Positions 52,654 through 64,000 of a stretch of DNA of 64,000 nucleotides are shown here, piece by piece. Each line of letters starts with the position of its first letter. Position 1 is the stretch's first letter. The DNA lies in contig JAQGDQ010000002.1 of the NCBI GenBank assembly GCA_030141605.1, positions 496,001 through 560,000 of the forward strand, read 5' to 3'. The notes under the pieces were generated by a model. The model saw only the letters and a list, made by a program, of their open reading frames with translations. It made no database searches and was not told the origin of the DNA. The stretch is from Tubiluchus corallicola. Its lineage: Eukaryota > Animalia > Priapulida. The position numbers were made by a program, and so were the translations under genes.

Positions 52654-53058
52654 TTAGAATTTCTGCAGCAGATGATTACGAAAAGTTTACATATTTATCA
52701 GTTCATTATTAGTCATGGCACAATTTAGTGATAACCCCATTGGTGCCTTTTGCCATAAGGATTCACCACTAATTACATCTATATAGGTAGTCGTTCTTAG
52801 ATTCATTGGAAATGTGGTGATACCCATACTCTCTAGGTCCTGATGTCTTTGTAAAGAAGGTAGTACTTGTAGTTGTAGTACTTAACTTGTAGTAGTAGGC
52901 TTAGAGATCAACGGTTAATAATGACTTGCAGAAAAGACTACACAGCTAAATGCTGATCTATAATAGCGCCAAGTCGTAGTTAATGTGTAATATCATTGGA
53001 ACATTTCCTCGTTTATTTTGGTTAAATTAGTGGTTGTCTTGGTTTACATATTTCTTAC

Positions 53059-53220
53059 CAAGTTTTGAATAAGTATTGTTCTTTATAACATTTGCCCTTT
53101 CTTGCTGCATTTATACTTTTACCTTGTTCATTATCGTGGAATCTGACGCAGTTTGGTATTAATTACTGCAGCATCTGCATAAGGTGTAGGCTATTCATAT
53201 TGAGCAGGACGTTTGGTATG
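53059..53220. promoter_or_regulatory. Possible bidirectional promoter and non-coding first exons of TRNT1 and TAF6L
   Basis: Both genes have an acceptor upstream of the ATG. A minus-strand donor G|GTAAGA at 53059 and a plus-strand donor G|GTATGA at about 53215 face away from each other in sequence with no recognised transposon. Confidence 0.3.
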
Positions 53221-53792
53221 AAAATGAATGAGCCAACAGTTAACCACTGTTCACAGTTAGAAAGCTGGTCTTAATGAATTACCAGGGCTAGATTGTGTCC
53301 TTTTGTGGTCCACTCAGATCAATCCACCACCTGACTCTCACACCCGTCTTGAATGTTTTTTACTTGTGATATATTTTTACATAACTTGAAGTAAACATAT
53401 TGCAAATTCTATAGAGAAACTAAGAATATCTACCAATAAAAATATTTGTTAAACACTACCACTATTTTGCTATTTCTTGCAAAAGAAATTAGCACATATT
53501 TCAATGCAACCATAGTGAAAAACATATTTCTAGCAAATTTCATCAAAGCTTGCGGGCCTGAAAGGGCTTAGGCTGCAGTGTGTACTAGCCTATAGGATAA
53601 TCTGGCCCTGGTCTTCACATTGGAGGATATTACTACCTGAAGTTTTTATTTCAGTTTTTGAAAATCAGTTTCTCTAGTTTATTCTACATTTTGTTACCAA
53701 TAACTCCAACATTACCTAGAAGTCCATTTTCTTTATTATCTTTCAGGACCACTTGAATCTCATAGCAGTTGCTAACAGTTCAGTGACTTGTG

Positions 53793-53966
53793 ATGGCAGA
53801 CGAAAACTGTAGGCAAAGAGAAGCACAAGGTGACGGTGCCTATGCACAAATTTCGGCTAGCACGGTAAAGGTCATTGCTGAAACAGTAGGCATTTCTGAG
53901 CTTTCTGATAATATCTCAAGCCGCCTTGCTGAAGATGCCACTTACAGGATTAGAGAAGCCGCTATG
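53793..53966 (+). CDS. TAF6L: TAF6L coding exon 1 (histone fold)
   Basis: Acceptor tttcag| at 53746, ATG at 53793; VKVIAETVGISELSDNISSRLAEDATYRIREAAM |gtacac. Confidence 0.9.
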
Positions 53967-54299
53967 GTACACAGTATTTAATTATTCTTGTAAACTTGCT
54001 GGCATTATAGATCTTTACATTGATCTAGCATTTTAGTTATTTGCACCTGTTTCAAGCTATCACTAAACATAAAGAACTCCACATCGTTGAGCAGAGATGA
54101 ATACAAGTACATTGTACTGCTACTACTATTTACTACTCGTAAAAATGATTCCTAAAGAAAGAATAATTTTTTCTGAAAACTTCAGCTATGCTTCTGTATC
54201 AGTAGTTCGACACTTAGCATTTTATCAGAATAAATTTACATGATAACAAGCATGGTTTAAACTAATGTAAGATTTGCCCATTAAGTTACCATTTCTTAA

Positions 54300-56430
54300 C
54301 CCATTTATGCATAGCGTCCCATATATGGGACATGTACTAAAGATGCCTAGCATGTGTATTCGATGCTATGTTCCCACATCCCCTTTTGTTCGCAAAAAGT
54401 TTTTGCATGTGTCCTTGTAAAGGTCATATTTTCATTGTTTTAACCCATTTATGCATAGGCCAAGCATAGGCTTACATTTTGTTTTAATACTTTGGTTACA
54501 GAAAGATTATTGTGGGTCATGAACAAAATCAACAGTGCTTTTTAATGAAAACCTTTATTCATTCAGTAATATGCAAAATTCTGAATGTTCCATATATGGG
54601 ACGCTATGCACATGCAGACGATTGAGTTCGTTATAAGTTATTATGGCTTGTGGAATCTTTCAAAGCAAGCAATGTGTAATCCTACTTGGCACTTTACACA
54701 CTTGAATTTTACCTTCATGTGGCACAAAGCACACCTAATTTGAGTCAAATTTGATTGTGGATAATGTCCAAAGCAGTCATATCTAGTATCGCACGGCACC
54801 CTCACATCAACTGGTTTTGGTTTTCCTCCTGACCCAGCACCATGTTTGTCTCTATTAGACAAAGTCAAGATTTGTTTCTTTCTGCTTAGATTCCCTGTGT
54901 GAAATCCAGACATTCTGCATTGCTGCATCAACAAGGAAGCAGAAAAGTAGCCACCACCATTTTTCTGATCTTATATTGACTATATTTTTCAATATTTTGG
55001 TCCATCTTGTCTGTCCCACCATTGAAATATTGTAGGCTTTTATCAGATGTGGTTGGGAAACATCAATTTTTTTCTTCTCTGCTGCAAACCTTGCTGCTTT
55101 TCCTACAGGATTAACTCCGTGGATACTTGACGAAACAGTAACAATGCTATTATTGTACCATTTAACTAAAATTATGTTTGAATTGTTATCCAGTTTTGAG
55201 CTGAATGATCCATGTGGCTGCTTCTTCAAGTTTGCTTTTTCTTCCAAAGGACACTTTTCAATCCCGTTAACTCTGATATTTCCTGTAGCAAAAATTTTTT
55301 TGGCTTCTAACTTTTCAATCAATGCAAAAGATGTAAAGAAATTGTCAAAATACACTTCATAGCTTGAATTCCTTGGCAACTCATATAACAAATCTAGTAC
55401 TATAGAGCCATCCAACTTCAGCATTGCACGTTGAAGCAGCACTTTGATAAGGTTCAAACTGCATAAGATAGCCTATAGCTGTATTTAGACTGCACAGTAT
55501 AAATCCAAATCATATTGGTTTCCCCCTAATGGACTGCTTGGCTCCTTGGCTTTGTCTTAGCTTAACAAATTTGTCACCTTGTGACAAATTTGATTAGCTG
55601 CACAGTGCAAGTGTCTTGTGTCTTCAGAACCTTCCCAATACATTTTTCGTCAAGGAACTTTCACTTACCCAAATATTAGTAATATTCCCAAAACCACATA
55701 AAGCTCTTCCTTAGAAACTTTGTATTCTGTTTTTCCTTTCTGATAAGCATACAGTTTTGATATTTCTACTAAAAAATGCATGACCTCGTCTTCAAAAAAT
55801 AGCTGAACAGAGTTAAAGGAGTCAAGTGAGACTGTAAAAATTTTGGCTTTTGCACATCAAAATTAGTTGCTGGCTTTTGAATGTCGTCATTTGTCCAGTT
55901 TCTATCTTTGGCTTCGTGCACAGAGTACTTTCTTTCAGAAACTTCTGGCTTGTCAGTTGGTACATCTCTTTTGTCATACTCGGCTCCAAGAATCCAGGAA
56001 TCAGCAGCAGTGGAGACAGTCGCAGTAGCAGAGGCTGACAACTGGTTTCTTGAGAAATTATTGGGAATCCATTTGTCCTCACCACCACTGTCTTCATCTG
56101 TCTCTAACACTGCATCATCAGGCGGCATGATTGCGATAGTTGCCTGAGTAAATGCTTCATCATTTGCATCTTCTAAGCATGATAGTACATCGTGAACTGT
56201 GTATCTGGAAACAATCAAACGTTTTGTACTGTATATGCATAATGCATAGCGCCCCATATTTGGGACAATTGTATTTAGGCTATTACTCAAAATAGGTATT
56301 TTTTTATAAAGACGCATTAAATCATTTCCTTTATTAATTAAAAAATGATCACATATAGTGTAATTGTTGCATTAAAAGTTTGAATATGATAATTAAATTT
56401 ATACTCACTTTTTCTGTTCTGACATTTTGC
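54300..56430 (-). mobile_element. Decayed piggyBac transposon in the first coding intron of TAF6L
   Basis: TTAA|CCCATTTATGCATAG terminus at 54296-54314, repeated at 54440; subterminal GCATAGCGTCCCATATATGGGACA motif also at about 54586-54609 (inverted) and about 56244; the other terminus was not found. Confidence 0.88.
54641..56425 (-). pseudogene. piggyBac transposase pseudogene (PGBD2/3-like)
   Basis: Frameshifted ORFs 55769-56317, 54855-55457 and 54641-54934 with VYFDNFFTS, ATGNIR, KKWWW-like motif and C-terminal Cys-rich RCALC..KCVKCQVGLH..CFERFH; 17-nt first exon 56409-56425. Confidence 0.85.
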
Positions 56431-56824
56431 TCAACTATGCATCGACCCCAACTGCAGTCACACAATATGATTTAATGTTTTAGTGGTTCTCATAATGGTA
56501 GCAATCAAGCTACATCTACATTAATATGCAGAACTACAGAACTCTGTACTTGTTCATGTCAGTCTTACTTAAAAGAATAGACAGTCACTTAAAAGTTTAC
56601 TTTTCTTACATTTTCTGTACGTCAGTATTTTTATTACCAAATTTGCAAAAATTTGCAAAAGTCAGAGTTGATCAGAGTCTCACAATGTACATTTTGACTG
56701 ACTACAAGGGAAAACAATCAAACCGAAACTAGCCTAACCCTTAGCAAATTTCTTATGCTTTTCCAGCCATTTTAGAAATTTGTTGTTTTTAGTATTCTAC
56801 ATGTTGATTATTTTTCTTTTTGAG

Positions 56825-56911
56825 AATTCTTGCCAGTATATGCGTCACAGCAAGAGAAGAAAATTAATAGGAGATGATTTCAACAGAGCTTTAGCTGATT
56901 CTGACATTGAG
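56825..56911 (+). CDS. TAF6L: TAF6L coding exon 2
   Basis: ttttgag| NSCQYMRHSKRRKLIGDDFNRALADSDIE |gttagt. Confidence 0.9.
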
Positions 56912-56938
56912 GTTAGTAACTCTTCCCCATCCCGGTAA

Positions 56939-57337
56939 TAGGGTTGAACGTCGAACGTTCGAATTCGATTCGAATGCCTTTTTAGTTTGAATAATTTGAT
57001 TAAAACCTGAAATTTTAAATTTAAATTATTCGACACTTCAACCACACACTTTCTTTGTCATTAAAACGTTTGAAACGTCATGCAATTATCACAATTTAGT
57101 TTGATTTCTGTGCACAATTTTTAAAAAATTATTAGTGGTTTTTCTGTAGAACAAAATCAAGTAATGTGCCTGATCTTTGTAGGACTGCTTTTTACTGGTG
57201 GTTTGAAAACATGTTCAAACATTTTTCAAACTCAATTCGATTGGAATTCGAAATACCAAAACAGTTCTATTCAAATTCGAAAATGACAAATTCGATTAGA
57301 TTCGAATTCACTTTCTGGTAGAGAATGCTCACCCCTA
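56939..57337. mobile_element. hAT-type MITE with 8-bp TSD
   Basis: Termini TAGGGTTGAAC / GCTCACCCCTA, perfect TSD CCCGGTAA (56931-56938 and 57338-57345), subterminal TTCGAA repeats. Confidence 0.9.
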
Positions 57338-58775
57338 CCCGGTAAAGTTCTTTTGAAGCAATTCAAATTGTCAAGTAGCATGTTTCGTGAATCACAAGCT
57401 TTTGAGTACTTACAGTACCTAAAGTGCTATCTAAAATTTTTAAACTAGCATTTCTCAAATTGAACTGCAGTGCTGCTGTGTGTGACAATGACAGCAAATG
57501 TAAAGACGGAGCAAATTTTAGTTTCACAGCTCTGAGGTTATCGTTTGAGTTAGCGGGTAAGTATACAGAGCTGTGCTGACATCATGCCTGAATTTTGTTC
57601 TGCTTGTCCCACACAGCACCTATTTGTTCTTTCATATGTTTCCGAGAAACAGGTGCTGTTACCAAAGTATGTGTGCTGCTACAGCGATAACACATAGCAA
57701 CAAACAACTAACAAAATTAGTCTTAGCTATGGTCTAAAATTTGGACGTATTTTCTTTAGAAGTTTCGAGGGTCTTTGCTGTAGATTCACTAGTGAGGTTT
57801 CTTTTTATGTTTGCTTAAAATAATTCTAAGCATGTCTTCATGAATTTAGTAGTACAATCTGAATATGTTTCTAAAGATGGCTAGGCCTAATTCTAGTTCT
57901 GTAGCAAATAAAGTTCAGTGGTGTTGCAATTTATATATCTTAGGTCTTACACATCTTTCATTGCAACTTAGGTCTTACATATCTTACACAAAAGTACCAA
58001 CCCAGCATGATCTTATTTACAGAGTTGTAATAATTATTCTAAAGTTAACTTTATTTGCTTTCCTATCTATATAGTTTGTTCAAAAAAATAATGTCAGCTA
58101 TTACTACGAATACATCGAATATTCATACTGCTGAATTTTTTCCTGGAATATCGGTATAAAAATCCGGTCTGGTAATGTTCGGCTATAATTACTAAAAAGT
58201 TCGGTTTACGCAGTTACTTAATACCTAAGTAAACATGGTGAAAATTATACTAAAAACTTGAATATTTGCCAAATACTTACAAAAATTTATCCAGAAAAGC
58301 TAAAAGCTGATAGCAAAAGCCAACACAGCGCGGCAGCACATTTTGCTTTTTCTTTCTGTATGATAACTTGGAGAATGTGGAGCATCATCGTTGAGCAACT
58401 AGTGTCAATGCGCAGTAGCATGGTGGTGCTGTATTTGCTTATAGTAATCAACCAGCTAGTAAAGAATTATTCCATTGCAGTTTTTATTAATTGTGATTAT
58501 TCAAAATAGCTTGAACAGTTTTTGAAATAATTAGACTACTTTTAAAATACTTAATACTTCACTACATAACTATTAAATTAAAATACAGAGTTAGTAATCA
58601 GAACAATTTTACATAGCTTCTAATCACCACTAACTTAAAACTATTTAAACATTACAAAAATTGTAATTTTTTTCAATTGGATTTACAATGTTTTGGTACA
58701 ATAGCTGTATTTAGTTAAGCAAGTATTACTGAAAAGCTCTAATTCTGTGTGCTATTTAGTATGTTTTATTTTTAG

Positions 58776-58926
58776 CCAGTTTTTGGTTACGATTCTTCAG
58801 AACAGTTGAAGTTTACACGGATTCCCGATTCAGATTGCTTTTTTCATGATTCTGCCGATGTCTGTCTGAGTGAATTAGCTTTGCAGCCATTATCTATAGA
58901 GCAGCCATTATCACCAGTTGTGCGTG
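58776..58926 (+). CDS. TAF6L: TAF6L coding exon 3
   Basis: tttttag| PVFGYDSSE...DVCLSELAL...PVVR G|gtatga. Confidence 0.9.
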
Positions 58927-59200
58927 GTATGAAACAAGTACCTATCGTTTTTTTCTGTTCATTGAAACATTTTTTTGTCAGTACAGAGTGCTTCAAGATT
59001 CTGATGATGTCTTACCTTACCTAGCAAATCAGCTTTGCATCCATGCTCTATAGAACAGCCGTTGCCACTTACTATGAGTGATAGAAAGCAAATACCTGTC
59101 TTTTTTCTCTCATTGTCATTGAAAAAATTTATTTGTCAATATGGAGTGTTTTAAGATTCTGCTGATGTCTGTTCAAGCAAATTAGTTTTACATCCATATT
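58836..59200 (+). repeat. Diverged tandem repeat of about 155 bp (2 copies plus a partial), derived from TAF6L exon 3 and its donor
   Basis: GATTCTG.TGATGTC...AGCTTTGCA.CCAT..TCTATAGA.CAGCC recurs at about 58848, 58997 and 59155. Confidence 0.75.
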
Positions 59201-59624
59201 CCATACCATCTAATTGTTTCTCCTGAGAATTTTTTCTACTTTTAACTATAAAATAAATACAATTTCACCAATTAATAACTAGGGGGGAGTGGAAAACTAA
59301 ATTACAATTGTATTAGTGGTTTATGATGTGCTGGATCTGTATTAGAAAAAGGATGTAGCAGGAGCAATCATTATTTTATAAATATAAAAGAAACTTATTA
59401 TACATGTTTAATAATAAAATTTGTGGCAGCCTGTTTACTGTATAAATAGTTTCTGAGGAGTGGACAGACTATCCAATTATGGGCAAGTTTTCACTTTAAT
59501 GAAATTACACTGGAGAACTTGGTATACGAATAAGGCAAAATTAATAAATCTGTATATTCAGTAGTTTCGTACAACACATTTAGAATAATATACAGCCTAA
59601 TGAATGAAAATTAATAATTTTTAG

Positions 59625-59764
59625 CTCAATGGCTTGCTGTAGAAGGCATCCAGTGTACATCCAATAAAAAGTCTATTTCAAGCCCACCACTTTCTGAACA
59701 ACTCTTGCAATATTACGAGCATGTCACCAGTGCTATACTTAGCAGCGATGTTAAGTTGAATGAG
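59625..59764 (+). CDS. TAF6L: TAF6L coding exon 4
   Basis: tttttag| QWLAVEG...LSEQLLQYYEHVTSAILSSD..NE |gtaaga. Confidence 0.92.
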
Positions 59765-60412
59765 GTAAGAATTGGTTTCACTTCTACCTCAAAAATGGAA
59801 AAAGGCATGAGATAGTGGAGAAAATTAATAAGAAACAAAAACTTAGACGCGATTGGTAAATACGTGCCATCTGTGGTAATTATAGGAAGGTCAGATTACT
59901 AATTATGTAATATAGTTTAAATTTCAACACTGACTGGAAGAATCGTGAAGATTTGATTGAAAGAGTAGTAATTTGTGATTCTAAAATAAATTAATGGGTT
60001 AACGTTTATTCTCTGCTTCCTGGTTGTGTAATCAGGGAATAGTTTTTACATTCCTCAAGTTTCACTTCTATTGTTTGACAGTTTATTTACTGCAAAATTG
60101 CTTTCATCTATTATGTACTTAATTACTATGTAACAATGTGGAATAAATCTAGCAGGATTCTTTACAATTCTGCTGTATAAACACCTAGCTAGCAATAGTT
60201 GAGAGCATTAGGTTTGCAGGGGCCTCAGTAATGTCACTTTCTACATAATGTGATTTTCGTTTAGTATAGTAATTTTTATGTAATATGATTTAGTAAAATA
60301 AGATGATTACGTGTCTGGTTAATTATGACAGTGTTTTATAAGATAAACATATGTTACTGAACAGATTTCAATTATGTCTTTGGCTTTAGTCACCATGAGA
60401 GTGAGTATAATA

Positions 60413-62298
60413 TTGTATTTTTTGCTATATAAGATGCACTTTTTCCCGGCAAATATATTCTAAAAATACCCTCGGTCTTCTGTGCTGAATGGAGAGACTT
60501 AATGCAGGCCACAACGTTTATTACACTTCTAATGAACAAATATATTAATGGCAGTTGATATGTGAACCCTTTATCGTGCTCAAAATGATTTTTTAAAATG
60601 AAATTAAATATTGCACTAACCAGCGAACTTAGTCCATCTCTCCACCATTTGTAAAACGTGCGTAATAATTATACAACAAGCTTGAGCAACAGCGCTAGCA
60701 GATCAGGAGTCTGTAAATAGGAGCTTTACAGCAGCGATGATAGTGTTGAATTTGTATAAAACTGTTTCTGTACTGCCTTTACATTCTAAAACGGGCATTG
60801 TACTATTTTTATATGGGAATGAAAAATGAAGTTGATAGAAATTATCACCTACTGATATTATTAAAAATTATTTCTTTGGGATAAGCGAAAAATGACTTTA
60901 GGCCTGAAACCTAAAACTTTTTTCTTAAAGAAGGGAGAAATTTGAAGTACAATATAACATCATTATAGCGAATCTACTATTAGCCTTGAAATAAGTACTC
61001 TATAACTGAGGTACTTAAAAAAACCCTTATGACTACTAGGTGGACAAGTATGATTAATAATGAAAATGTATTAAATAATGTACAATGTATAGTACATAGC
61101 TTCATAAAGGATGTAAGTTAGTTTTAGAAAGTGCTACCCATGATTTTGTAAAAGTATCAAGTATTTTGCAGTGTATTCAAATTCAATAAAGATATTTTGT
61201 GTGACTTTTATGTAACTAAAAATTAATGAATTTTTCATATTAAATTATGTGTACTATTTCATTTATAAATTTGTATGACATGTTCAGTAAAGTCAGTGAG
61301 ATTAAAAAAAGTCAGCCAGTTTGGTTTACACAAAATTTCAGTTTGTCACATATAAAAAGTTTTTGCAGCAAACTGATGGCAGTAAAGTTGTTCATCGTAG
61401 GTAAAGCAGCCAAACTGCTGAGTGCTTAGGTAGTAGAAAAAATTACCTTTTGACACGACATGTTGCATGTTGCACATGCCCAACAACTTTTTTACAGCAC
61501 TAAGCATGACAGGTTAAATTCAACTGTAAGTTAACTTGCTAACGGCTGGTAAAGGTAAGTATGAAATAAAAACTCATAATACATGATAATACAAGCAGTT
61601 GGGCCCGATAAAAAGTCCGCAGTAAGTAATAACCAAGTGCGCTGTGTTCAGAGCTTTTACATTAGTTAAATGAGTAATGAAAGTTTTTTTTGTGAGTTCG
61701 CTTCACTGGTGTGTACGCAATAAGCCAATTTTGTTGTTATGATGTTATACTGAGTCTCAAAAACATTCCATACAAAATTATGCTTACCTCTTTGAAAGAC
61801 ATGTAACTGAAAAATAATATTTTTATAATTTTAATGGCTGTGCTAACTGTTAAAACTTCACTGTTTCATTATCCTAGTTTGCACAAAAATACGTCACTGG
61901 TTCACCAAAAAACGTTATTATTAATCTTACTGACACTATAAAGTCATTTGTAATTTATACTTTTGCTTAGTTAGTGAAATGTGTGCTAAAAATACTGTGA
62001 CTATTTTTTTGAACTTCATGCAATGTTATCTAAACTTGTTTTAAACGATTTACCGTTTAAAATGGCTGCACCTATTGTTCATCACAGGAATTTGAATTTT
62101 CAAGTTTTTTATAGTATTGGTACTAATAAGTTCAGTGCGCAATAAGTAGCCTCAAATATTGATGTAGCCAGTACAAAATATCAAGACGAATTTTTTTAAG
62201 TTTATGTAAGAATAGTGCTTTCTTGTGTTTTAACTTTGTGCTGCTGAATGGGCAGCATGTCTTATACCTCGGTGTATCTTATATAGCGAAAAATACAG
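60413..62298. mobile_element. Non-autonomous Tc1/mariner (Tc2/pogo-like) element, about 1.9 kb
   Basis: TA|TTGTATTTTTTGCTATATAAGATGCAC ... GTGTATCTTATATAGCGAAAAATACAG|TA inverted termini with TA TSD; no transposase ORF inside. Confidence 0.75.
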
Positions 62299-62337
62299 TA
62301 AGTTTCATAACAGACTGTAATACTTTTGTTTTCATAG

Positions 62338-62517
62338 GTAGCACTGGTAGACCTGAAGAGCAATCCTAACATTTCTCCAGTTCTTCCTTACTTGATAAAC
62401 TTTATTTACACTGGTGTAAAGACCCTGAGTTATGATCTGGTTCAAACGAAGAAGCTTCTTGACACTGCACATTCATTAATACACAACGAGTCATTGTATT
62501 TTGGTCCAAAACCTTAT
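62338..62517 (+). CDS. TAF6L: TAF6L coding exon 5
   Basis: ttcatag| VALVDLKSNPNISPVLPYLINF..GVKTLSYDL...KPY |gtaagt. Confidence 0.92.
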
Positions 62518-62834
62518 GTAAGTGTGACCGTGATCCCAACTTCATCATAATCCACAAATTGATTTTTGGAAATTTAAATTTTACATCTTTTTTGTCACAT
62601 TGCATTGTGAAACAAAATATTTGAGTTAGAGTTTTGACCAAAAAACTAGAAATTTTGTGGCTACCATCAGTTGCAGACCTGAATTAGAGAACAAGCTCTC
62701 AAGTGTTTGTGAAGAATTGCAAATTCTATTTAAAAATGTCTTCTAAACTTAACTTAATGTCGGTGCTGTATTTAAAAATATGCCTTCTAAGCTTAACTGA
62801 AAGTCGTTGCTAATAAATACTTGTGTTGTTGTAG

Positions 62835-62959
62835 CTCAGTGTACTGCTGCAAGCTGTACGATACTGCATATTAGAACCGCTATCTGTATCAACTGGCGCA
62901 TCAACAAATCAGTGGAGTTTAAGAGACTATGCGGCAATGCTTCTAGTTGAAATCACAAA
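62835..62959 (+). CDS. TAF6L: TAF6L coding exon 6
   Basis: ttgtag| LSVLLQAVRYCILEPLS....NQWSLRDYAAMLLVEIT AA|gtttgt. Confidence 0.92.
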
Positions 62960-63501
62960 GTTTGTATTTTAAGTCTTGTGTGTTAAATTATTTATTAGCC
63001 TTTCAGGGGATTTAGTTTGTTTCAAAATTTGAAGTGTCATAAGCCTTTGCGTTTCACAACACCATATATGCTTTTATATTTTAATATAAAAAACTCACAA
63101 TGGAGTATGTTTTTGTATATACTATTGGGCAGATTAGTCAATAAGTCTGTTTGCTAAAATGTAAATATCATACCAAAAATTCAAGGAAACTGAATATTTA
63201 TGTTTTTTATGTGAACAAGAACTGTGATGAAATTAGCAGCCTCTAATTTCGTGTTTAATGGTGTTGATTATTTTATCTATTATTCAAACAAAATATACTG
63301 TGTGTGGAAAGTGTGAAAGCTAGTATCTAATAATAGTGGAACAAAAGCATTTAAATGAGCATTAGACACGTAAATGTGTATGTAGATGTAGATGCTCTTA
63401 ACAGTCTAATAATAAATGTCATGGGGCAAAGCAAGAGAAAGGTAAGAGAGAAAGAGCTTAGCGAACAGTGATGCAAAAATCAGCTCACCATTTTGCTGGT
63501 A

Positions 63502-63696
63502 CAGTAATTCCTCACTTAACGACTCCCCACTTAGCGATGCTTTGCTTTAACAATGCTAATCATTTGACACCATTTTTCGCTTAGCAACTGAATGCTTTTA
63601 CTTTGTTTCTTATGGAAAACAGTTTCGTTTAGTGACGTTTCGCTTAACGATGCATTTTGCTAGAACGCATTAGCATCGTTAAGCGAGGACCTACTG
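63502..63696. mobile_element. Tigger/pogo-like MITE
   Basis: TA|CAGTAATTCCTCACTTAACGA ... TCGTTAAGCGAGGACCTACTG|TA; internal CGCTTAACGA-like repeats. Confidence 0.88.
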
Positions 63697-63951
63697 TAGT
63701 TACCTGATGATGTAGCGAAATAAGCTCCCAGTTCTCATAAGGACATCGACAACAAAAATGATATTAGACAGTTTTCTTCATTTTGTTTGACTTCTATATC
63801 TCCAAGTAATGTCAATTTTTTTCTCTACTAGAGCATGTTCATTTAGTTTTAAAAACTGCATTTTTGTTTTGATAAACCATTTGGCTGATTTTGAGTAGCT
63901 TCTACAGTCTACATGTAACTTAGGTGTGATGTATTGCTTATGAATTTCCAG

Positions 63952-64000
63952 ATTGTGGGCAACTCCAGTGAATCGTTTGCAGCAATATGCCTATAGAACT
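63952..64000 (+). CDS. TAF6L: TAF6L coding exon 7 (truncated by window end)
   Basis: tttccag| (K)LWATPVNRLQQYAYRT; phase 2 matches exon 6. Confidence 0.8.

Larger units (their letters stand above)
53793..64000 (+). other. TAF6L: Gene span: TAF6-like (PCAF/SAGA-associated factor), 3'-incomplete, 7 exons in window
   Basis: Histone fold LAEDATYRIREA..NSCQYMRHSKRRKL..DDFNRAL, then LLQYYEHVT, VALVDLKSN, CILEPL and WSLRDYAA; these resemble TAF6L more than TAF6; phases consistent. Confidence 0.9.

Noticed and set aside
59993-60002. AATGGGTTAA as the missing piggyBac terminus
   Set aside because: Only a 10-bp match without the subterminal repeat; it would enclose three TAF6L exons, and the same 10-mer occurs near 48300

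Overview
AT-rich, intron-rich eukaryotic genomic DNA from an invertebrate animal (species not identifiable from sequence alone); it is not prokaryotic, and no CRISPR array, rRNA or clear tRNA gene was seen. Three spliced genes could be assembled by hand with consistent GT-AG sites and intron phases. (1) A MAGUK of the MPP5/PALS1/Stardust family on + (at least 15 coding exons, 8551-39892; extra N-terminal PDZ, ECR1/ECR2, two L27, PDZ, SH3, HOOK, GUK; 5' end not located). (2) The CCA-adding tRNA nucleotidyltransferase TRNT1 on - (6 coding exons, 46732-42031, about 469 aa), convergent with MPP5. (3) TAF6L on + (7 exons from 53793, running off the window), divergent from TRNT1. Introns and the TRNT1-TAF6L interval hold many transposon relics: a decayed intron-containing piggyBac, hAT- and Tc1/mariner-type MITEs with target-site duplications, an inverted pair of TIR elements enclosing a CR1-like LINE, other LINE fragments, a tRNA-derived SINE and two long microsatellites. 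I found no convincing new biological system. The best leads are gene-structure oddities: alternative first exon and donor in MPP5, a decayed exon triplication in TAF6L, a possible bidirectional promoter and back-to-back poly(A) signals, and possible recursive splice sites.
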